NCBI RefSeq assembly: GCF_009914755.1
Contig: NC_060925.1
Strand: one strand, 5' to 3'
DNA: 64,000 nucleotides
Source: the human T2T-CHM13v2.0 reference genome, Homo sapiens
Positions within the stretch are counted from its first letter, which is position 1. Each line of letters opens with the position of its first letter. This document shows positions 55,429 through 64,000 of the stretch, in pieces. Made by a program: the position numbers and the translations under genes. The notes beneath the pieces were generated by a model. The model made no database searches, had not been told where the DNA came from, and saw only the letters and a program-made list of their open reading frames with translations.

Positions 55429-58400
55429 GGGAAGGAAGCTGCTTTCTCATTCTGTGGTGTCTTAACCCACATCACTATTCAGCACAAAGGAGACACTTCT
55501 GATTCTGTCTTTGCCATTAGCCCTTGTTGGTCCCAATGGACTAGAAATTGAGGCTATACCTGCAATGGGAGCAATGTACCTGCCTTTGTCCCAACTCAGG
55601 GGAAAAATTCAAGCTGCTTTATCACAATGCAAACTTCGCGGGGGAGAAAGGGTTTCTTTCTATAATTCTTGTATTCAAGAAGGATTCATTGAACTACTGA
55701 ATGTCCTTACTGTTATATGTGCAAGGCCATTTGAAGGATATGGATTTAACAAAACCAGTCAATCCCTGCAGGCTTGGGGCTTATATCCTAGGGGGAAGAG
55801 ACAGACAGTAAATTAGGACAAGTCATTGCCCCCAAGGAGCTTACATTTTAGTAGGGGAAGAGGCCAGAGGTAGGGGGTGGAGAGAGGCAGAAAAAAATAA
55901 AGGAAAATGTCAGATAATAAGTGCTGTCTAGAGAGGTAAAATGGGATAATGTGGTGGATAGCAAATCGGTGGCCACTTTACACTGGGTGGTCAGGAAAGA
56001 CCACTCCCAGGAAGTGATACTGATGTTCATCTGAGTCTCAGGTAAGAGCCAGCTTGCCACTGACAAATCCTTCTATAGAGAAAGCCTTGAGTGGCTAATG
56101 TCTTTACTTCTTTCCCTCCCGTACAACTTGCCACTGATTATCTTCCACCCTGACCACTCCCCACCTCCCATCTTAACCTTCTTAAGCCAGAATTTTCTGC
56201 AGATTCTGAGGACAAGTGCATACCTATTCATCTTTCTATCTAGCTCTTGTGTCTATTATTAACTTTCTTTCTCTGAGTCTCACAATCTTTTAAGTCGCTG
56301 ATTCCTAAAGGGGCATGTCCTGCTTCTTGGTATGGGTAAAGGGGAAGGAAGAAGAGAGAAAAAGCCTCTCAAGGTATCAATCAGAGGGAGGAAGGGAAGA
56401 GAAATACAAAGAAAGGCAGGTTGATACTTAGGAATGCTGAAGCAAAATGGAGTGTCATAGTTCTGGACAACACTAATGCTGACTAAGGAATATCGTTTCC
56501 TCCTGCTCTAGTATCTTTCTCTCCCTCTCCCTCCCTTTTCTTACATAAAAACCAAGGAGGAGGTGCAAGTCAAGTACAGTTTAGGGATGTTTGCTTGGTA
56601 CGTGTGCAGGTGTGTACGTGTGTGTGCGTGTGTGTGTTTAATTGGAATTTCTTTCCTTTTTTTTTTTTTTTTTTTTTAACAGGTCACCCAGGCTGGTGCA
56701 CAATCACAGCTCACCACAGCCTCAACCTCCCAGGCCCAAGCAATTCCCCTATCCCAGCCTCCTGAGTAGCAAGTGCACATCACCATACCCAGCTATATTT
56801 TAAATTTTTTGTAGAGACAGAGTCTCATCATTTTGCCCAGGCCTGGACTCAAACTCCTGGGCTCAAGCAATCCTTCCACCTTGGCCTCTCAAAGTACTGG
56901 GAATTATAGGCATGAACCACTGCACCCAGACTAAAATTAGGATTTCTTTTTAGTTATAAATAGTATTGAAGAGAGGCTTATGAGTTTTTAAGGTGTGGTT
57001 TTCAGGTAATGTGGGTTGCTGTTTGGCCTTCCAGTGTGTTCCCTTGAGTGGCTAATTCTTATATTTAGTCATTCTCCCTTTGACATAGAGACAGCACATG
57101 ACTATGGCATTGAGCAAAAGTTTTCAAAAATTAATTTTAGCAATTGATTCTCTTTCTCCAAATGCAATCTGTTGGCTAGGCACAGTGGCTCACGCCTGTA
57201 ATTTCAACACTTTGGGAGGCTGAGGTGGGCAGATCACTTGAGGTCTGGAGTTTGAGACCAGCCTGGCCAACATGATGCAACCCAATCTCGACTAAAAATA
57301 CAAAACTTATCTGGGCATGGCGGTGCCTAACCCAGGAGGTGGAGGTTGCAGTGAGCCAAGATTGTGCCACTGCACTCCAGCCTAGGCAACAGAGCGAGAC
57401 TCCATCGCAAAAAAAAAAAAAAGCAATCTGTTGTAGAATCCTTAAATGTAAAACGGATGAAAGCAAATCTCCTGTTGAAACAGACCTTGGAGGTCATACC
57501 TGTGCCCTCTGCTTCTCCCTCTCTCTTCTCCGCCCTTGCCTCTGAAGCAACATGAAAAGCTGAGGCTAGGAGCTGTGCTCTTCTATACTTAGGAGACTGG
57601 GATGCTGGACCAACCTTGAGAAGCCTGTGCTTTAGAACTGAACCTTACTCTGCACTTTAGCCACAGGCTATCAACGCAGGCTCAGGGGACCAAAACCAAA
57701 CCTTCCTATACTGAGATTAATGACTGCAAAAAGGGCTTTCTCTCAGAGGCTGCTAATAGAGGCAGTTCTATTCACAATAATTAACTTGCTTCTCCCAATT
57801 ACTTTACCATAAATGTCTGGGCTTTGTTCAAGTTTATGTTCTTTTTAAGATCACTAAGAATAAAATACTGTGTTGTGAACATAATTAGATTTTATAAACC
57901 CAAAGACTCTGGAATTATGCTGTGGTTTATCTCTTTATGAAGCAATTATACCAATTATAGAAGATAATGTTTTAATGGGAAATATTACCCATTTGGCAGA
58001 CACTATTGGTTTAAAATAAAAGAAGTGATTAAAAACAACTTATGAATCTCTCTTGGGTAAAAGAATGAAAACAATATAACATAATTGGGTTCTGATTCAT
58101 AAAATGAATTGTACACAACTTTCTTCGATGCTGTAGTTAAGACAAAATTACAAGAAAGTCTAACAAAGGTTTGACAGAATGTTATTATGTGTCTTTCCTA
58201 CTGCTAAGATTACATCATTAAACCCCAATTAATGTTTTATGTTAAGGCTTTCTTAGCCATTTTGCTAATTTCACTTTTCAACTTAAGATAACCACACTGC
58301 ACCTTTTAGATCCAGAATTCCCATCAATTTCCTGAAGATGCATTCCCATTATGATTATTTTCAGGAATACAAGTTATTATCTAATTCTCATAATTAGCAT

Positions 58401-58899
58401 TTAGCAACAGATTAGGAACTTATTCTTAAATGGTCCATTTTTGTCTGGGGTAGTAAAAGTATTCTGGGCTACTTTTATGAGACGGGGTTTGGGGGGAACC
58501 CTAAACAACAGTGTTACAGAAGCATAACTCTTTCCTGAGATTGTTGGTTTAAAAATTCAAGCAAAACAAAATGCTGTTTCTAACCATAAAGGCATACCTA
58601 AAATTAGAGACTGTCAGAGCACAGGAAGGAAATCATAAATAGCCAAACACTGGAACACAAGTGTGAGGTACGGAAGTCAATAAACGTTACTGTTTTCTTT
58701 CTGTTCACATCCTGTCTGAGAATTGTATTAGAGGAGAGCAAGAGAGAAAGAATGCAACAGTAAAATAAAGGGAATGCATTTTTATTTCTGAACTACACAG
58801 TAATTCATGAAAACACACTTTTTAAAAATCAAAGGAATACCAGTGTAAATGGAGTGAAAAGTGACAGTTGCTATTCACTCCTTTTTTTCCCACTCCTAC

Positions 58900-59830
58900 C
58901 CCATCATCAAAGGTAATGACTCTCAGCAAATTATGAGGTTTTTCCTAGTATTTTTATTTAAATGATAAAATATGATATTGTCCTATGACATGCTATTTTT
59001 AACCTAACAATATGTCTCAGAAATCTTCACATGTCATTATATGTAGCTTTACCTTATTCTTTTAAACAATTGCCCTAATAATCTATAGAATAAATTTCAA
59101 TAATATATTAACCTAATCTATTAATGAACATTTAGGTTATTTCCAATTTTTCACTAGTACACCTATTCCTTTAATAATTCCTCTTGTACATATGTTTATA
59201 CACATATAAGAATTTTGTGTGTTAGGTTGTCAGGGACAGATACCTAAATGTGGAATTGCTGGGCCAAGAGACAGAAAGGAAGATAAAATCATTTACATTT
59301 TGCAGCCAGGTGTGGTGGTGTGCTCCTGTGATCCCAGCTACTTGGGAAGCTGAAGTAGGAGGACTGCTTGAGCCCAGGAGTCCAACACCAGCTTCACAAC
59401 ATACCAAGACCCTGTCTCAAAAAAAAAAAATTAGATTTTGGTAAGTATTACCAATTATTTCTCTAAAAAGAGTTTGCCAATATTATTAGTACGTAAAATG
59501 TTTGCCAACCTGATGGGTATCTTGTTTGCATTTTTTTAGAAGATGAGGTTGAATATTTTATTTGTTTATTGCTTTTTTGTATTTCTTATTTTTTGGTTCA
59601 CCTTTGTTATATTATTTGGTCATTTTTCTACTGAGTTGTTGGTTATAGTCTTAGTCATTTGCAGGAGTGCTTAATATAAATCTTTTCTGTTATATATGTT
59701 CTAAATACGTTTTCCCAGCCTGTGTGTTATTTTTTTATCTTCATGTTTTCTTTTGCCAAACAAAAGTTTTAAAATTGTATGCAGTCAATCTGTTGCCATT
59801 TTTCTTTATGACTTCTAGACTGGGTATCAT
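58900..59830 (-). mobile_element. Ancient L1M fragments (a similar one lies at about 17220-17530)
   Basis: ATGAACATTTAGGTTATTTCCAATTTTT and GATACCTAAATGTGGAATTGCTGGG; boundaries approximate. Confidence 0.55.
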
Positions 59831-59836
59831 GTTTAG

Positions 59837-60660
<824 letters not shown>

Positions 60661-60699
60661 TTAGTAAAATATGTATTTACGCTAGAACATGTAGTGGTG

Positions 60700-61311
60700 T
60701 AATATAGTCTGAACGTTGTCCCCATCTAATCTTATATTGAATTGTAATCCTCAGTATTGGATGGAGGTTGGGCCTGGTGACAGGTGACTGGATCACAGGG
60801 GCAGATCTCTCAGGAATGACTTAGCACCATCTCTTTTGTAGTAAGTGAGTTCTCAAGAGAGCTGGTTGTTTAAAAGTGTGTAGCACCTTTCCCTTCTCTC
60901 TCTCTTGCTTCTGCTCTCCCTGTGTGAGATGCCTGCTCCTGCTTCACCGTCCACCATGATTGTAAGCAGCCCAAAGCTTCACCAGAAGCAAAGCAGCTAC
61001 CAGTGCCATGCTTCATGTATAGCCTGCAGAACTGTGAGCCAATTAAACCTCCTTTCTTTATAAATTACCCAGCCTCAGGTATTTCTTTTTTTTCTTCCTT
61101 TTCAAAAACATTTTTTTTCAATTTCATGGAAAAGAGGTTTTTCATTTTTCCAAAAATTGTACCAAGGTAAAGCAAAGTTCTAGTTGATGCAGGTGCATTG
61201 TATAGGCATTAGCAATACTGCCCTCATTATGCACTCATTAGACAGTAGTGCAACCCCAAGAAAAGGATGGTTAGATATTTCTTTATAGCAATGCAAGAAC
61301 AGCCTAACATA
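60700..61311 (+). mobile_element. MST (MaLR) solo LTR interrupted by a U4atac retrocopy
   Basis: GAACTGTGAGCCAATTAAACCTC...TAAATTACCCAGCCTCAGGTATTTCTTT resumes ATAGCAATGCAAGAAC; TSD TGGTG/CGGTG. Confidence 0.82.
61144..61272 (-). pseudogene. RNU4ATAC4P: U4atac minor-spliceosome snRNA retropseudogene (probably RNU4ATAC4P)
   Basis: Minus strand AACCATCCTTTTCTTGGGGTTGCACTACTGTC...CAATTTTTGGAAAAAT matches full-length U4atac including the Sm site; 12-bp TSD AG[G/A]TATTTCTTT; symbol from memory of the locus. Confidence 0.9.
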
Positions 61312-61443
61312 CGGTGATATTAAGCAATGGGAGAACAGTGGGCATTAGAAGACACAGATCAGATTAGAATCTACCTTTCTGGCTGGATGCGGTAGCTCAC
61401 ACCTGTAATCCCAGTACTTTGCGGGGCTGAGGCGGGCAGATCA

Positions 61444-61695
<252 letters not shown>

Positions 61696-62470
61696 TCAGA
61701 CCCTGGCTATGTGGTTTCCAGCAAACCCTTAACCAGGAGGATTCAGTTTCTTTTTCCTTAAAAAAGATCCTATTAATATCTTCCTCTGGCCATTCGTTGA
61801 GAACATTAAATTAAATAACATTTGGAAACACTGGCAGGCTAGTCAGAGTGGCTCATGCCTGTAATCCCAGCACTGTGGGAGGCCAAGGCCAGTGGATCAC
61901 TTGAGCTCAGTACATTGAGACCAGCCTGGGCAACATGGCAAAACCCAATCTCTACAAAAAATTAGCCAGGTGTGGTGGTGTGTGCCTATAGTCCCAGCTA
62001 CTCAGGAGGCTGAGGTGGGAGGACTGCTTCAGCCTGGGAGGCAGAGGTTGCAGTGAGCTGAGATGGGCCACTGCACTTCAGCCTGTGCAACAGAGCAAGA
62101 TCCTGTGTCAAGAAAAAAAAAGAAGAAGAAGAAAGCACTGGCAGAGTGCTTAGCATGAAGTAGGCACTGGAGGAATTTTGATACAGTAAGAATAGGAATA
62201 CTAGGTACCTGAGAGGAGAGGCAGAAAATGTCAGTGGACTAAGTGGAGTGAAAAAGAGGTGAGGAAACAGGACTAGAAAACTCTAAAAGCATGCACTCTT
62301 AGGTAGTGCAGAAGTGTTTTTGTCCAACTATTAAATAGCACAATCCTAAATTCCTGTCATACTCCTGATCTTTCATTTTAGTGTTCAGGATCTCATAGTA
62401 AACATGCAAAATTTGATATTCATTTGATAACGGTTGCTGTGATACTTATTGCAAATCTCTTCTTATCTAG

Positions 62471-62632
<162 letters not shown>

Positions 62633-63349
62633 TAGCATTTATTTTATTTTGCGGTTCAATATAGAAGATTTATTTTATCTTAGTTGCTGAAATTGGAAAT
62701 CACTTCTGTTTCACCAAATGAAGAGATTAGGATTTTAAGAAACTGCCAGCTGCTAAGTATTTGCAGATTCATTCTTTTTTTAGTATTCGTTGCACATCCC
62801 ATTCAATGTGTTACTTTGGAGATTCCATTTGATTGAATAGAGGCAGCCCATGCAGAACTCTTTGAAGAACAGGAGGGAGGCTGCTGAAGCCCAGAGCAAT
62901 GAAGAAAAGCAATTCTAATGTAAGAAAAACAAAGAACAAAAAAACAGAAGCACTTTGCAAACACAATAAATGATATTAATAGATTCAACCCATCTTCATC
63001 GCTTTAATGAAATGATAATTTTTGAGGCACTTATTAAAACTCTTACATTGTCTTTTCCATTTTGTTGCTTTTGTTTTACTAAGAAGTAGAAATCTTCAGT
63101 TAGAAAAAAATCAGAAAAACATGTGGAACTACAAATGTAACTGATATTACAAATAGGTAGGCTAAACTTTATTTTTTCCTTTTAAGAGCTTGGATTAAGG
63201 TCAAACAATCAGAGGGGATTTTGGGTTTTTTTGTTGTTGTTGTTTTGTTTTGTTTTGTTTTAGAGGCAGGGTCTTGCTCTGTCACCCAGGCTGGAGTGCA
63301 GTGGTGCAATCATGGCTCACTGCATCCTCGAACTCTAGGGCTCAAGTGA

Positions 63350-63538
<189 letters not shown>

Positions 63539-64000
63539 TAGCCACAATCTGGGCTTTTGAATTTCAAATTTACTATATGCCAAGTATGTGATGTTGGACA
63601 ATCACTGGAGTTTCATGTTCTCTCCTTGTCCTACTTTCTGGGACAGGGATACTGATCTTGGTGCACCTTGCTTGAGAAAATTTGAGTTGACTCTCTCCTC
63701 CTTGAAACACTTTCTTCCTCCAAGAACACCACACACCCCTGACCCCTTACTCTGACCACTCATTCTCAGTCTACTTCTCTGGTTTCTCCTAGTCTCTTTG
63801 CCACCTAAACGTTGAAGGCCCCACAGTGAAGGCCTTGGTTTCTCCCTTGGTGATCTTGTCCATTCTTGTGGCTTTAAACACGATCTACATGTTATAAGAA
63901 CAGGCTAACCCAACATCTATTTTGAACTCAAGACTCAACTCCAGATTCAACTGTCTACTAGCATCTTCATTTGTCTATCATCAAGGTATTTAAGACCCAA

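Overview
This is human (or very closely related great-ape) genomic DNA covering the 3' two-thirds of IL23R (interleukin-23 receptor, + strand). It contains coding exons 6-11, all with canonical GT-AG sites and a continuous reading frame through the WQPWS motif, the transmembrane helix and the YxxQ-bearing cytoplasmic tail, plus the 3' UTR and about 10 kb of downstream sequence toward IL12RB2. Most non-exonic sequence is transposon-derived: about 35 Alus, a full-length THE1A, a two-LTR MER57 provirus with a nested L1PA and Alus filling about 80% of intron 9, several solo LTRs, a U4atac snRNA retrocopy and a tRNA-Lys half retrocopy. Repeat subfamily names and rsIDs are from memory and were not searched. 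I see no new protein-coding system, and nearly all ORF-track entries are repeat-derived. The most unusual structure is a ~455-bp, ~95%-identical inverted duplication in intron 6 that creates a divergent pair of near-consensus CTCF motifs, with a possible convergent partner downstream of the gene. Second is a cluster of templated-insertion scars around exon 7: an 85-nt near-perfect hairpin, exact 25- and 22-nt copies 2-3 kb apart, and an internally rearranged Alu. I cannot confirm from sequence alone that either is undescribed or functional.
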